Origin: Escherichia phage EcS1
Sequence record: NC_055721.1
DNA: 64,000 nucleotides
Reading direction: 5' to 3' (one strand)
Of this stretch, positions 1-9,510 are shown in pieces (position 1 is the stretch's first letter; every line of letters starts with the position of its first letter). Below the pieces are notes generated by a model. It worked only from the letters and a program-made list of their open reading frames with translations. It was not told the DNA's origin and ran no database searches. The position numbers were made by a program, and so were the translations under genes.

Positions 1-599
1 CTGGTGAAACAGATAAAGGCATTCTTGATTTAACTACTGTTGAAGACCCGTTAGCTGGACGTAAATTGTATCGTATGGTATGTGAAATCAATTCGCATAT
101 TCAAAGAACAACTTCTTATTCAGGAACTTATGTCGTTGCATCAACTCGTGTCGCTGCTGTATTAGCTTCTTCAGGTTGGTTAAAACATAAGCCAGAAGAT
201 GACCAATATCTGTCACCGGCTGCATATGGATTCTTGGCTAATGGTCTGCCACTTTATTGTGATGCAAGTTCACCATTAGATTATGTTATTGTTGGTGTTA
301 AAGAGGACTTTGGTGAACTAGAAATGGTTGGCTCATTGTTCTATGCGCCGTATACTGAAGGATTGGATTTAGAAGACCCTGAACACGTAGGTGCGTTTAA
401 GGTAATTGTTGACCCGGAATCTTTGCAACCATCTGTTGCATTACTGGTTAGATATGCTCTGTCAGCGAACCCTTATACAGTAGCTAAAAACGAGGCTGAT
501 GCTCGTATTATTGATGCTACTGATATGGATAAAATGGCAGGTCAAAGTGATATGTCTGTATTGCTTGGTGTTAAGTTACCGAAGTTAATTGCAGGCTAA
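1..599 (+). CDS. 24: Capsid protein of gp23/gp24 family, C-terminal fragment (5' end outside window); likely prohead vertex protein gp24
   Basis: Frame is open from window start; stop at 597-599; followed by convergent rnlB as in T4 (24 then rnlB). Cannot distinguish gp23 from gp24 by eye. Confidence 0.55.
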   Translation, partial: GETDKGILDLTTVEDPLAGRKLYRMVCEINSHIQRTTSYSGTYVVASTRVAAVLASSGWLKHKPEDDQYLSPAAYGFLANGLPLYCDASSPLDYVIVGVKEDFGELEMVGSLFYAPYTEGLDLEDPEHVGAFKVIVDPESLQPSVALLVRYALSANPYTVAKNEADARIIDATDMDKMAGQSDMSVLLGVKLPKLIAG

Positions 600-633
600 A
601 AAAAAAAGGGAACCATATGGTTCCCTTTTTTTG
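598..633. terminator. Bidirectional intrinsic terminator (A-run, GGGAACC-ATAT-GGTTCCC, T-run)
   Basis: Perfect 7-bp stem with 4-nt loop flanked by A10 and T8, between convergent genes 24-like and rnlB. Confidence 0.8.
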
Positions 634-636
634 TTT

Positions 637-1641
637 TTATACTACTTCATGCCATTTTTCACGAATGGTAGCCATTACTATTTGCTGAAGTTCTTTCTTA
701 ACTAAGTTCGGTTGGTCAGCATCGATAAGTACGATACCTTCACGTTCTGCTTCGACAAAAATATCTTGCATAGTAAGACCCATTACCTTACCGAAGTCTT
801 TAGCTGTCACTTCACCAATATGACTCAAAACGTTGGACACACGGTTCCAGGTACTATATTCAGCTAATGTAGACAGTGCAACCTTATCTTGGTCGCTTAA
901 TACCGCAGCCGGCTTAATAGGCTTATCAGATTTAGCCTTTTCACTGAACTTAGAGTTCTTACATTTAATAGCAACACGATTACCGTTAGCTAAAATCACT
1001 GGATAACAAGGCTTCAGAACATAGCCTTCTGCGATATTCTTTTCACCATGAGGCAAGAAACCAAAGTGAGCTATGTTAGCATATTCAATACCGTTGGCCA
1101 CAGCAAGTTCATTATAATGATTAACTACAGAATCAAAGTCATTAACTAACTGAGATAATTCTTCGAAAGAGCCACGAGCTATTAGTGGTGCTACTTTAAA
1201 ACCAAAGGTACAGCACATACGTTCAACCATGAAATCATCAGCATAAGTGCCTTCTTGGTCGTGTTCTGACTTAATTAAGATATCGAATACGTAGAAGTCT
1301 TTCTCACCGTAATCCATACCTTTTTGAATTCCACCACCTGCGAACTCGCCGAAAATTTGATACGAAGATGCTGTACCACAGATAGAGTCTTGAAGAAACT
1401 TAATAGACTTATCATATTTCTTCATAATAATTTCATGAGCAAAGAAACTTTCACCGGGCAGAATAGGTCCTGTCCGCTTACACGGAGTGACTGCGTCACG
1501 ACTAATAATTAGAGAGAAGTTTGTACCATGAATCTTTTCACGTGCTACCCATACGCCAGTGTCATTACCAGAGAAACGAATCTTCTCGATGAACTTACCG
1601 TTGTAATGATTCTCTAAAGAGGAGTACTTTTCAAATGTCAT
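637..1641 (-). CDS. rnlB: RNA ligase 2 (Rnl2)
   Basis: 334 aa, same length as T4 Rnl2; N-terminus and KIHGTNFS lysine-adenylation motif closely match T4 gp24.1 as recalled; position after gene 24. Confidence 0.9.
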   Translation of the reverse strand: MTFEKYSSLENHYNGKFIEKIRFSGNDTGVWVAREKIHGTNFSLIISRDAVTPCKRTGPILPGESFFAHEIIMKKYDKSIKFLQDSICGTASSYQIFGEFAGGGIQKGMDYGEKDFYVFDILIKSEHDQEGTYADDFMVERMCCTFGFKVAPLIARGSFEELSQLVNDFDSVVNHYNELAVANGIEYANIAHFGFLPHGEKNIAEGYVLKPCYPVILANGNRVAIKCKNSKFSEKAKSDKPIKPAAVLSDQDKVALSTLAEYSTWNRVSNVLSHIGEVTAKDFGKVMGLTMQDIFVEAEREGIVLIDADQPNLVKKELQQIVMATIREKWHEVV

Positions 1642-1739
1642 AAATCACCATATTAAAATAATTAATCTTCTAGCCCCAGGCTTATAAATAGGCCTCTGAA
1701 CCATTATATCGAATATATCACATATATTCTTAAAGCATA

Positions 1740-2012
1740 TTAGAACTTAATTTCAACCCATTCGCCATCACGTTGACAACTACGCCATTTGGCTTCAATA
1801 CCTTCATCTTCGAGCCATTTAAGGAAAACGTCTTTATATTTCGAGAATTTTGAAACATTCTTCAAAGGATAATAATGGAATTCTCTGCGTCCTTGTTTAG
1901 CAACATCAGTGATACACTTTTCAAAGTCTTTTTTAAGTTCAGTGTATTCTGAACTTGAAATAGAATCGGCAATAGCACCATAGTAAGTAGCTAATTTAGT
2001 AGTACGTGTCAT
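1740..2012 (-). CDS. Hypothetical small protein (24.2/24.3-like position)
   Basis: ORF in track; probable start at internal Met (MTRTTKL); no recognisable motif. Confidence 0.4.
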   Translation of the reverse strand: MTRTTKLATYYGAIADSISSSEYTELKKDFEKCITDVAKQGRREFHYYPLKNVSKFSKYKDVFLKWLEDEGIEAKWRSCQRDGEWVEIKF

Positions 2013-2013
2013 T

Positions 2014-2265
2014 TTAGGCCTCGGTTTTGGATAAGGTAGCGTGTGCATTGATATTTTTAACCAATTTTTTGTGATGCAAAGTTGATGTAGTCATTCGCTT
2101 GCGATAAACAACTTTCTCGCGTGATTTGAATTTGATTTTAAGCTTTTCACCTTCAGCCCAATGTTTAGCAGCTTCTCGAGCTGAAATACCTAATTTTTCA
2201 GCTACATCACCAAATGTCATTTTTAAATCTTCAATCATTGTATAAATTTGAACAGCAATATTCAT
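2014..2265 (-). CDS. Hypothetical small protein
   Basis: ORF with GAGGTG RBS before internal ATG (MNIAVQ...). Confidence 0.4.
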   Translation of the reverse strand: MNIAVQIYTMIEDLKMTFGDVAEKLGISAREAAKHWAEGEKLKIKFKSREKVVYRKRMTTSTLHHKKLVKNINAHATLSKTEA

Positions 2266-2349
2266 AGTCACCTCATGTTTGTAGGTCAATTATACTCAAT
2301 ATTCTTATAGCATAAATACACTATATTTCATAATAAGAGGACACATCTT

Positions 2350-3687
2350 ATGGCTATTCCTTCAGTAACGATTACCCCAGTTAATGCCTCACCACAACTT
2401 GGTCAGACATTAACTATCAATTCAGTAGTTGAATTCGACCCAACAGATGTTTATACATCGTATAAATGGGAACTTTCTGGCGCAGATACAGGCGTTACTA
2501 CTGCAACATACACTAAAGCCAATATCACAAGTGCTGATGCTGGTTCTTACGTATTAAAAGTTATGCATGGTGTTGATGCAGGTTCTGCAACTGAAACCGC
2601 TTCAAGTCCTGCCGTTATTACTACTTTACCGGCAACAACTGTTTCTATTGTTTCAACCACTACTGACATTTATGTCGGTGATACATTAACTATTACTGCT
2701 ACCCCAACTGGTGTTCCTTCTGGCGCAACAGTAGGCGCATATGAATGGTCTAAAGGTGGTACTGTAGTTTCGGGCCAAACTACTTCTACATTGACTAAAA
2801 CAGTTGCGGCTGGCGATGCCGGTTCTTATACTGCTAAAGTATCTTATACTGTAACAGGCCAAGCACCAATTAAAACTGCTGCATCTAATGCTATCTCTGT
2901 TACTGTTGGACCTGCATTAGCATTTGCTACTAACCTTAATGCAACAGCTTCTGTATCAACAGGCCAAGCTCTTACCCTAACTGTAGCAGCATCCGGTGGT
3001 AAATCTCCATATACATATCAATGGAAGAAAGGAAGTGCTAACATAGGAACTAATTTAAATACATTTATAGTTCCTTCTGCGGATTCAACAACTGCAGGAA
3101 CTTATACTGTTGAAGTGACAGATGCTGCAAGTCATAAAATCACATCAGCTTCTTGTGTTGTTACAGTGGTGCCTGCTTTATCTTTGAGCACCGATTTGTC
3201 TGCGACTAAATCAGTTGTTTCAGGTAAAACTCTTACTCTAACTATTGTTGCAGCTAATGGCAAAACGCCTTATACATATCAATGGAAAAGAGCTGGCGTT
3301 GAAATCCCAAGTGAAACAGCTGCTACATTTACTAAATCTGCGTCACCAGCGGACGCAGGTACGTATACATGTGAAGTGACAGATGATAATAACGATAAAA
3401 TCACATCTAATACATGTGTTGTAACTGTTAGTTTATTGCCTGATTTAGAAGTTCTTTGGACTGTACATCCTATCCCATGGCGAGATACAAGTTTCACTCC
3501 GTTAGGTTATTGGGTATTAGATGAAATCTTACTTCAAAAAGCTGATGGCAAAGACTGGAAAACTGATTACGCTACTTATCATTACACAGAAGAAGTTCAA
3601 ACTATTTTAGAAGCATTTAATGCTATGGGTGAAGTTGAAATTCAAGACTCGCGTAATGGGTATATCCACAAAATGAGTTTAATTTAA
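2350..3687 (+). CDS. hoc: Hoc-like outer capsid decoration protein: four Ig-like repeats plus C-terminal capsid-binding domain
   Basis: Four ~90-aa repeats, the last two ending in AGTYTVEVTD / AGTYTCEVTD with internal YTYQWK (Ig-like signature); C-terminal ~80 aa (HPIPWRDTSF...) non-Ig domain; T4 hoc position. Confidence 0.7.
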   Translation: MAIPSVTITPVNASPQLGQTLTINSVVEFDPTDVYTSYKWELSGADTGVTTATYTKANITSADAGSYVLKVMHGVDAGSATETASSPAVITTLPATTVSIVSTTTDIYVGDTLTITATPTGVPSGATVGAYEWSKGGTVVSGQTTSTLTKTVAAGDAGSYTAKVSYTVTGQAPIKTAASNAISVTVGPALAFATNLNATASVSTGQALTLTVAASGGKSPYTYQWKKGSANIGTNLNTFIVPSADSTTAGTYTVEVTDAASHKITSASCVVTVVPALSLSTDLSATKSVVSGKTLTLTIVAANGKTPYTYQWKRAGVEIPSETAATFTKSASPADAGTYTCEVTDDNNDKITSNTCVVTVSLLPDLEVLWTVHPIPWRDTSFTPLGYWVLDEILLQKADGKDWKTDYATYHYTEEVQTILEAFNAMGEVEIQDSRNGYIHKMSLI

Positions 3688-3696
3688 GAAGGTTTT

Positions 3697-4194
3697 ATGG
3701 CTGATAAATGGACAACAGTTAACCCAATCCCGTGGCGAGATACAAGTTTTACGTATCTCCCTTACTGGCTTTACGATATTATAGTTAAAGCCTTTAAAGA
3801 CGGTAATGATTGGCGTGATTATTCTGAAACGAAATACAAATTAGAATTTGATACCTTGATTCAAGCATTCGAAGACTACGATGACATTTCAGTTATTGAA
3901 TCACGTAATGGTAATCTACATGATTTATCTAATTTTACACCAGTAACAATCACAGCTAAATCACCTGTGCCAGCTTTTAAAGTTGGTGACCCAGATTTAG
4001 TTATCAGCGCATTGTTCACAATTGATCCAGTTAAATTAGGGCAGCATGCAGTGTTATCTGTTGATGCTTCTGGACATGCTGTATTAAGCAGCAGTGCTGT
4101 ACCATCCGTTAAGGCTGTTTCGGCTGGGACAACTGTGGTGACATGTACTATTGGTGATGTATCAGAAACAATTAGTTTAGTTGTAACTGTATAG
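3697..4194 (+). CDS. Hoc-related protein with inverted architecture: N-terminal capsid-binding-like domain plus C-terminal Big_2-like Ig domain
   Basis: N-terminal 80 aa (NPIPWRDTSFTYLPYW...ESRNGNLH) paralogous to Hoc C-terminal domain (HPIPWRDTSFTPLGYW...DSRNGYIH); C-terminal part resembles a bacterial Ig-like group 2 domain. Confidence 0.6.
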   Translation: MADKWTTVNPIPWRDTSFTYLPYWLYDIIVKAFKDGNDWRDYSETKYKLEFDTLIQAFEDYDDISVIESRNGNLHDLSNFTPVTITAKSPVPAFKVGDPDLVISALFTIDPVKLGQHAVLSVDASGHAVLSSSAVPSVKAVSAGTTVVTCTIGDVSETISLVVTV

Positions 4195-4231
4195 CAAAAA
4201 GGGAGAGCTTACGCTCTCCCTTTTTTATTTT
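4195..4231. terminator. Bidirectional intrinsic terminator (GGGAGAGC-TTAC-GCTCTCCC with A/T runs)
   Basis: 8-bp GC-rich stem flanked by A5 and T-run between convergent hoc-related gene and inh-like gene. Confidence 0.8.
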
Positions 4232-4938
4232 ATAACTTGGAAACTTGAATTACGCGTTTCACGAACGCGAACTAACCCATCACGCTTAATGTAATATAAA
4301 AGACTTAATATCGTATCAATACCGTAGTGGTGTGGGAACGAATGCGGATTCACTTTCCATTCTGGGTTCTTTGTAATCCATTCATAAATCCACCAAGGTA
4401 GAGTTACATAAGTTAATCCACGTCCAATTTGAGCTAATGTAGGACTGAAATCTTTTGGAAGCTCAAATACCTTTTCAGATTCAATAATCTGTTCAATAGC
4501 TTTTTCAAGAGCAGGGAGATCTTCTTCAGTCATAGGCTTGGTTGGGATAGTTTCAATGCCTTCGCTATGAATAACTGTAACAACTTCACCAATTGGAGCT
4601 TGAATAGAGTTAATGATTTTAGCTTCAACGGAAGGAGCTCCGATAGAATCGATCAAAAGTGTCTTGGCTTCATCTTTAGCTTCATCTTTAAAAACAGAAG
4701 TGCCAGTGAGTTCATCATCAGCTTGAATCAAATCAGAGATACTCATTCCGCCAATATCTTCAGGCATTGGTTCAGAAGCAAGTTTTTTCATTTCTTCTGA
4801 CAAGTCAGCAACCATGTTATCAAATGACTTAGTTTTCTTTAAAGTTATGTTGAAAGTAAGAGCGTAGTCGGCCAGTTTTTCTTTGGCTTCTTTTTTGTCT
4901 AGCTCACGAAGTTCGTCAATATAAATTTTATCAATCAT
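4225..4938 (-). CDS. Hypothetical protein, possibly Inh (prohead protease inhibitor) by synteny
   Basis: 237 aa acidic protein at the T4 inh position (hoc-inh-uvsW); no motif verified. Confidence 0.4.
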   Translation of the reverse strand: MIDKIYIDELRELDKKEAKEKLADYALTFNITLKKTKSFDNMVADLSEEMKKLASEPMPEDIGGMSISDLIQADDELTGTSVFKDEAKDEAKTLLIDSIGAPSVEAKIINSIQAPIGEVVTVIHSEGIETIPTKPMTEEDLPALEKAIEQIIESEKVFELPKDFSPTLAQIGRGLTYVTLPWWIYEWITKNPEWKVNPHSFPHHYGIDTILSLLYYIKRDGLVRVRETRNSSFQVIK

Positions 4939-4953
4939 AGTATAGCCTCAGTG

Positions 4954-4961
4954 TATAAATA
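4954..4961 (+). promoter_or_regulatory. T4-type late promoter box TATAAATA upstream of uvsW
   Basis: Exact TATAAATA about 30 nt upstream of uvsW start; random matches are expected in AT-rich DNA, so the call rests on position. Confidence 0.5.
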
Positions 4962-4990
4962 TATCTATATTTATTACTTAGGAATCTCTC

Positions 4991-6490
4991 GTGGATATCA
5001 ATGTACATTTTGAAGATTATAGTCATGTTCTGATTGAATGCTCAGAGAGCATCTTCTTTGAACTAAGAGACTACTTTTCATTTGAAGCTGATGGCTTCAA
5101 ATTTAACCCACAATACAAATATGGTCATTGGGATGGACGAATTCGCCTTTTAGGTTATGACCGTCGTTTGCCATTTGGACTAGTTGGATTCATCGATAAA
5201 TTTGCTTCCAATATGGATTACAAAGTAGCAATTGACCCTAAAATCAATGAGAAAGAAGATATCGCTCGTGTTGATTTTGATAATTGGTTGAATGCTCTTG
5301 AAATTTATTCTGGGTCTACCAAGATTGAGCCACATTGGTACCAGAAGGACGCCGTGTACACTGGCCTGATGAATCGTAGAAACATTCTTAATTTACCTAC
5401 TTCCGCAGGTAAGTCATTGATTCAGGCGCTCCTGGCACGTTATTATGTTGAGAACTATGTTGGTAAGATTTTAATCATTGTTCCAACAACAGCTTTAGTT
5501 GATCAAATGATTGACGATTTTGTTGATTATCGTTTGTTCAATCGTAAGAATATGCTAGGCATTCGTGGTGGTACAGCTCGTGATTCTGACGCAGAGATTT
5601 ATGTTGCTACTTGGCAAACTGCTGTTAAACAACCTAAAGAATGGTTCAGTCAGTTTGGTATGATGATGAACGACGAATGTCATCTTGCTACAGGCAAAAG
5701 TATTTCATCTATTATTGCAGGCTTAAATAATTGTGCTTTCAAATATGGTCTTTCTGGTTCTTTAAAAGATGGTAAAGCCAATTTGATGCAATATGTAGGT
5801 ATGTTTGGTAATGTTTTTAAGCCTGTGTCAACATCACAGCTTATGGAAGATGGTCAAGTAACTGATTTGAAAATCAACTCTATTTTCTTACGTTACCCTG
5901 ATGAATTCTGTGCTCAAATGAAAGGCAAAGATTATCAGACAGAAATTAAGGTTATCCAAAAAGCTAAGAAACGAAATCTTTGGGTCTCTAAGCTTGCTGT
6001 TAAATTAGCTAAAAAAGAAGAGAACGTTTTCTTGATGTTCAAGAATGCCGAACATGGTAAAGAACTTTTCCAAATGGTTAAAGACCTTGAGCATAAAGAA
6101 GTATTCTTCGTAAATGGTGAAGTTGATACTGATACTCGTAATGCATTGAAAGTAATGGCTGAAAATGGCAAGGGTATTATTGTTGTCGCTTCATACGGCG
6201 TATTCTCTACCGGCATCAGTGTTAAAAACTTACATCATATTATTTTTGCACACCCGGTAAAATCAAAGATCATTGTGCTTCAGACTATTGGTCGTGTACT
6301 TCGTAAACACGTAAGTAAAACAACGGCTCAAGTCTGGGACATTATAGATGATATGGGTGTTAAACCTAAGTCTGCTAATGCTAAAAAGAAATATGTTCAT
6401 TTGAATTATGCATTAAAACATGCTCTTGAACGTATTCAACGTTATGCAGAAGAAAAATTCAATTATGTAATGAAACAGGTAGACTTATGA
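4991..6490 (+). CDS. uvsW: UvsW RNA-DNA and DNA-DNA helicase
   Basis: Close colinear match to T4 UvsW as recalled, including Walker A LNLPTSAGKS and DECH box; GTG start (VDINVHF vs T4 MDIKVHF). Confidence 0.9.
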   Translation: MDINVHFEDYSHVLIECSESIFFELRDYFSFEADGFKFNPQYKYGHWDGRIRLLGYDRRLPFGLVGFIDKFASNMDYKVAIDPKINEKEDIARVDFDNWLNALEIYSGSTKIEPHWYQKDAVYTGLMNRRNILNLPTSAGKSLIQALLARYYVENYVGKILIIVPTTALVDQMIDDFVDYRLFNRKNMLGIRGGTARDSDAEIYVATWQTAVKQPKEWFSQFGMMMNDECHLATGKSISSIIAGLNNCAFKYGLSGSLKDGKANLMQYVGMFGNVFKPVSTSQLMEDGQVTDLKINSIFLRYPDEFCAQMKGKDYQTEIKVIQKAKKRNLWVSKLAVKLAKKEENVFLMFKNAEHGKELFQMVKDLEHKEVFFVNGEVDTDTRNALKVMAENGKGIIVVASYGVFSTGISVKNLHHIIFAHPVKSKIIVLQTIGRVLRKHVSKTTAQVWDIIDDMGVKPKSANAKKKYVHLNYALKHALERIQRYAEEKFNYVMKQVDL

Positions 6491-6714
6491 TTGACTTCAA
6501 ACAATTTGTTCATGAAGCAGCAATCGAAACCTTTATGTCTAAAATAGGGTCTTGTATGACCCTTGATGGACTTAAAGAACTCGAAGGCTATTACAAGAAA
6601 CGTTCAGGTGAAACTGAATTAGGTGATTCAGACGACATCAGTATTCGTGATGCATTGGCAGGCAAGCGTACAGAGCTTGAGTCGATGGATGATGAAGAAG
6701 ATGAAGATTTTTAA
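6487..6714 (+). CDS. uvsW.1: UvsW.1 small acidic protein
   Basis: 75 aa, overlaps uvsW stop, same size and position as T4 UvsW.1. Confidence 0.7.
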   Translation: MIDFKQFVHEAAIETFMSKIGSCMTLDGLKELEGYYKKRSGETELGDSDDISIRDALAGKRTELESMDDEEDEDF

Positions 6715-6748
6715 TACAAAAAAGCCCCGACCATAAGGAAGGGGCAAA
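6715..6748 (-). terminator. Intrinsic terminator for minus strand (GCCCC...GGGGC stem followed by U-run on minus-strand RNA)
   Basis: 5-bp GC stem with 12-nt loop; T-run on minus strand; downstream of small minus-strand ORF. Confidence 0.5.
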
Positions 6749-6775
6749 ACCAACAAAGTGGCTATCAACACTAGA

Positions 6776-6940
6776 CTAAATTAAAAGTTGCGTTTCGTTC
6801 AATTGCTCTTGTGTGTCTTCAGTGACAGGCAATTCACACGCATAATTATAGCAAGGACCTGGATGAACCAGACCTTTGTCTGATTGAACAACCAATGCCG
6901 AATCGATTGGTGTTTTACAGACGACACAAATCTCAGACAT
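6776..6940 (-). CDS. Small Cys-containing protein (54 aa), not in ORF track
   Basis: ATG with GGAG RBS; MSEICVVCKT...PGPCYNYAC (CxxC...C....C); late promoter box upstream. Confidence 0.4.
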   Translation of the reverse strand: MSEICVVCKTPIDSALVVQSDKGLVHPGPCYNYACELPVTEDTQEQLNETQLLI

Positions 6941-6969
6941 AATTGTCTCCTTGGTTGTCGTTACATATC

Positions 6970-6977
6970 TATTTATA
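6970..6977 (-). promoter_or_regulatory. Late promoter box TATAAATA (minus strand)
   Basis: Plus-strand TATTTATA about 30 nt upstream of the 6940 start. Confidence 0.4.
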
Positions 6978-7188
6978 TTTGCTTTCTGGCTTTAGCTTTA
7001 AAGTCTCGCATATGCATGTCTATGCCCATTTGTGTTTCGTAGAAATACTCATCTATATACCCAGCAAACTTGCCTTTAATATAAAGAACATCTTCACCAC
7101 ACGGATGATCAGGTACAATACGGATATCTGAATCGGAAATTCCATGCTTTTTCTTTAAGAACTTTATCTCTTCTTCAAACTCTTCCAT
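6973..7188 (-). CDS. Hypothetical small protein (uvsY.-2-like position)
   Basis: 71-aa ORF immediately downstream of uvsY. Confidence 0.4.
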   Translation of the reverse strand: MEEFEEEIKFLKKKHGISDSDIRIVPDHPCGEDVLYIKGKFAGYIDEYFYETQMGIDMHMRDFKAKARKQI

Positions 7189-7622
7189 TACTTACCACCA
7201 GCTTCAAATACTCTGATATCAAGAATATGTTTAATGCTGAAACCACGAGCCTTTACAGCGTCCATAGCACTTGAACAGAATTCAAGCAGAATAGCCCAAT
7301 ATTGCAATTGAGTTTCTACTTTCAACACATTGCTGTCTGCCGACAGAACCATTTTCATTTCTGACTTCTCATATTGGTCCATACTCACAGCTTCACCTGG
7401 CTCACCACGACCGGTATAAAAATCCAATCGCTTCTTAAGCGCAGTCTTTTTCTGCGCTTCAATTCTTAATATCTCTTTTCGACAAGTCGAATGCAGACGC
7501 AACCACTTCCCGTATAAAACAGGATTATTAGCAGCTTCATACTGTAACTTGGTTGAATCTATCTTTAAATCCTTATCTAACTCATCTTGAAACGACTCTA
7601 ATTTAAACTCTAATCCACTCAT
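7188..7622 (-). CDS. uvsY: UvsY recombination mediator
   Basis: Strong match to T4 UvsY as recalled (IDSTKLQYEAANN, LRIEAQKK, YEKSEMK, SIKHI). Confidence 0.9.
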   Translation of the reverse strand: MSGLEFKLESFQDELDKDLKIDSTKLQYEAANNPVLYGKWLRLHSTCRKEILRIEAQKKTALKKRLDFYTGRGEPGEAVSMDQYEKSEMKMVLSADSNVLKVETQLQYWAILLEFCSSAMDAVKARGFSIKHILDIRVFEAGGK

Positions 7623-7679
7623 TAATGTTCCTTAGCAATAAACCCGTAACCCATTATACACACCTTCAAAAGAAAGCGT

Positions 7680-8078
7680 TTAACGAGCTGAATTACTAAG
7701 TTGAAGCTTGATTTGTTCAACGGTATCCGGGTTGTCTATAATACTAAATTGAACTGTCACAATAAGCGTATAACTATCATACAACGGTGTAACATCAACT
7801 AATAGTTTATCAATACGAGGTTCAAAGTTACGAATAGCAGATATGATATTACGCTGAGTTGTATCTGCTGTAAGTGGTGTCATGTTTTCAAAAAGCTGAT
7901 CAGACAACTCACATCCAAATTCTGGATTAAAGGGTCGAGACCCTTTACGAGTCGTAATAATGCCTAACAAACTGTTTTTAACTGCACGAGACCCAGTGGC
8001 TTTAGAAATATCGCGATCCCAAGCCATATTCATCTCGGGATCGATATCAGAGTATAATTGATTTATGTTTTTGATCAT
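7680..8078 (-). CDS. 25: Baseplate wedge protein gp25
   Basis: 132 aa, same length as T4 gp25; conserved LYSDIDPEM, LLGIITTRKGSRPF, PEFGC, DQLFENMTPLTAD. Confidence 0.9.
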   Translation of the reverse strand: MIKNINQLYSDIDPEMNMAWDRDISKATGSRAVKNSLLGIITTRKGSRPFNPEFGCELSDQLFENMTPLTADTTQRNIISAIRNFEPRIDKLLVDVTPLYDSYTLIVTVQFSIIDNPDTVEQIKLQLSNSAR

Positions 8079-8707
8079 TATAGTAGCTTAAAGAATTCTT
8101 TAAGTCCTTTAATTACATGAACACTGGTTTCGCCACATTCACATGAAATAGGCACTGCTAATACTACTTGTGGTTTTAATAGCATAGCGGTAATGTCTTT
8201 TAGTGCTTCACTAGAGATAGCAGCATAAAGATCATCTAATTCTAAATCTGAAAGATCATCTACTTTAATGACTGAACCATCAACATCAATGAACTCAATA
8301 CACTTAGCAACCATCATAGCCATATTAGAGTCATCAAAAAGTTTAGGGTATTTGAACTTGACCTTAAAGTTAGTGAATTCCCACACCAGGGGCTCAGAGG
8401 GAGCATCAATTTGTGCATGTGTAAAGTTAAGTGGCACCTCTTGTTCCCGCTTACAGGCACACACCCACGTATGCTCATGATTAACTTCACCTAATGAATG
8501 AGCCCAAAGTTTAATGACAAGCAATTCAGATTCTTGGCGATTAAGGTTATCAGCATCAGTACAGTTTTTAATCAGTTCTACGATGGCTAAGTCTAATGTT
8601 CCCTTAAGCTTTGCATGCATAAGGTCTTTATATTCTCTAAGAGTAAATGCTCGGCAATTAACCACTTTACCTGAGACATGTACTGTAAATTTATATTCAA
8701 AGTTCAT
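8078..8707 (-). CDS. 26: Baseplate hub protein gp26
   Basis: 209 aa at the T4 gene 26 position and size; start codon overlaps gp25 stop. Confidence 0.65.
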   Translation of the reverse strand: MNFEYKFTVHVSGKVVNCRAFTLREYKDLMHAKLKGTLDLAIVELIKNCTDADNLNRQESELLVIKLWAHSLGEVNHEHTWVCACKREQEVPLNFTHAQIDAPSEPLVWEFTNFKVKFKYPKLFDDSNMAMMVAKCIEFIDVDGSVIKVDDLSDLELDDLYAAISSEALKDITAMLLKPQVVLAVPISCECGETSVHVIKGLKEFFKLL

Positions 8708-8729
8708 AAAATAGTTCCTCTTATATGTG

Positions 8730-8741
8730 TATTTATAAATA
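8730..8741. promoter_or_regulatory. Overlapping divergent late promoter boxes (TATTTATAAATA) for gene 26 (minus) and gene 51 (plus)
   Basis: TATAAATA on plus at 8734-8741 and on minus at 8730-8737, in the 50-bp divergent intergenic region. Confidence 0.55.
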
Positions 8742-8757
8742 GATGAAAGGAGATACT

Positions 8758-9510
8758 ATGGCTAATATCGTACGTTGCAATTTGCCTGATGGTACTCATC
8801 GTTTCAAGCCGTTCACAGTCGCAGATTATCGAGATTTCTTGTTAGTTCGAAATGACATGAACACTAAATCAAAAGAAGAACAAATCGAATTGCTTGACGA
8901 TCTCTTAGATGATTATTTCGATGAATATCCTAAATCATGGCGCCCTTACATTTTTATTTCAGTTTTTACTTCATCTATCGGTAAAACAAAAATACCTGTA
9001 GCATATGAATGTTCTAAATGTGGTAACACAAAACGATTCATGATTAACCTGGCCCAACCGCCATTAACAGCTCCAACCATTGAATGCTCAGGTGTCAAAA
9101 TCAAATTCAAATACCCAAATGAATTCACTGATGACTTAGTCCAATTAGTCGCTGACAATATCGATTCAGTCGAAGACAGTGAAGCTGTTTATAAGTGGGA
9201 TGAACTTGATAATGAAACTAAAGTTCAAGTGATTGATTCTATTGATTACAAATCATTTGAAGCTCTTATCAAGAAAATGAAACCACTTTATATAGAAGTT
9301 AATTACGGCTGCTGTACAAAACACCAATATGTTTATGATTCATTAGTAGATGTATTTAAATTATTATTGAACCCAGATGAAGTCTTTTCTTTTTATCAAG
9401 TGAATCATCTTTTAGTTAAAAGTCATTATGACTTAAATTCTGTTATGAGTATGATTCCAATTGAAAGAAGTATTGCTTTATCATTAGTCGAAAAGGACCT
9501 TAAGAAATGA
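8758..9510 (+). CDS. 51: Baseplate hub assembly protein gp51
   Basis: Second ATG with AAAGGAG RBS; ~250 aa as in T4 gp51; synteny. Confidence 0.65.
   Translation: MANIVRCNLPDGTHRFKPFTVADYRDFLLVRNDMNTKSKEEQIELLDDLLDDYFDEYPKSWRPYIFISVFTSSIGKTKIPVAYECSKCGNTKRFMINLAQPPLTAPTIECSGVKIKFKYPNEFTDDLVQLVADNIDSVEDSEAVYKWDELDNETKVQVIDSIDYKSFEALIKKMKPLYIEVNYGCCTKHQYVYDSLVDVFKLLLNPDEVFSFYQVNHLLVKSHYDLNSVMSMIPIERSIALSLVEKDLKK

Noticed and set aside
1324-1512. Short ORFs on the strand opposite to well-supported genes (e.g. 1324-1512, 3279-3497, 4567-4800, 5935-6216, 8268-8714, 11611-11832, 12224-12490, 15384-15575, 16521-17258, 17690-18049, 30091-30961, 31230-31727, 32847-33197, 36194-36400, 37646-37912, 41456-41797, 44233-44542, 45365-46138, 46814-47170, 47605-47817, 48727-48957, 49421-50055, 59240-60008, 62166-62471, 63050-63337)
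   Set aside because: They lie antisense within or across genes with strong homology support, lack RBS context, and have low-complexity or odd composition; treated as shadow ORFs
1683-1690. Exact TATAAATA late-promoter box on the plus strand
   Set aside because: No plus-strand gene follows for ~660 nt (it would be antisense to two minus-strand genes), and several chance 8-mer matches are expected in AT-rich DNA; a real antisense or long-leader hoc transcript cannot be excluded
7623-7680. Putative promoter upstream of uvsY (TGTGTATAAT-like element on minus strand)
   Set aside because: No exact late box and ambiguous -35; T4 uvsY has middle and late promoters but the motifs here cannot be assigned by eye
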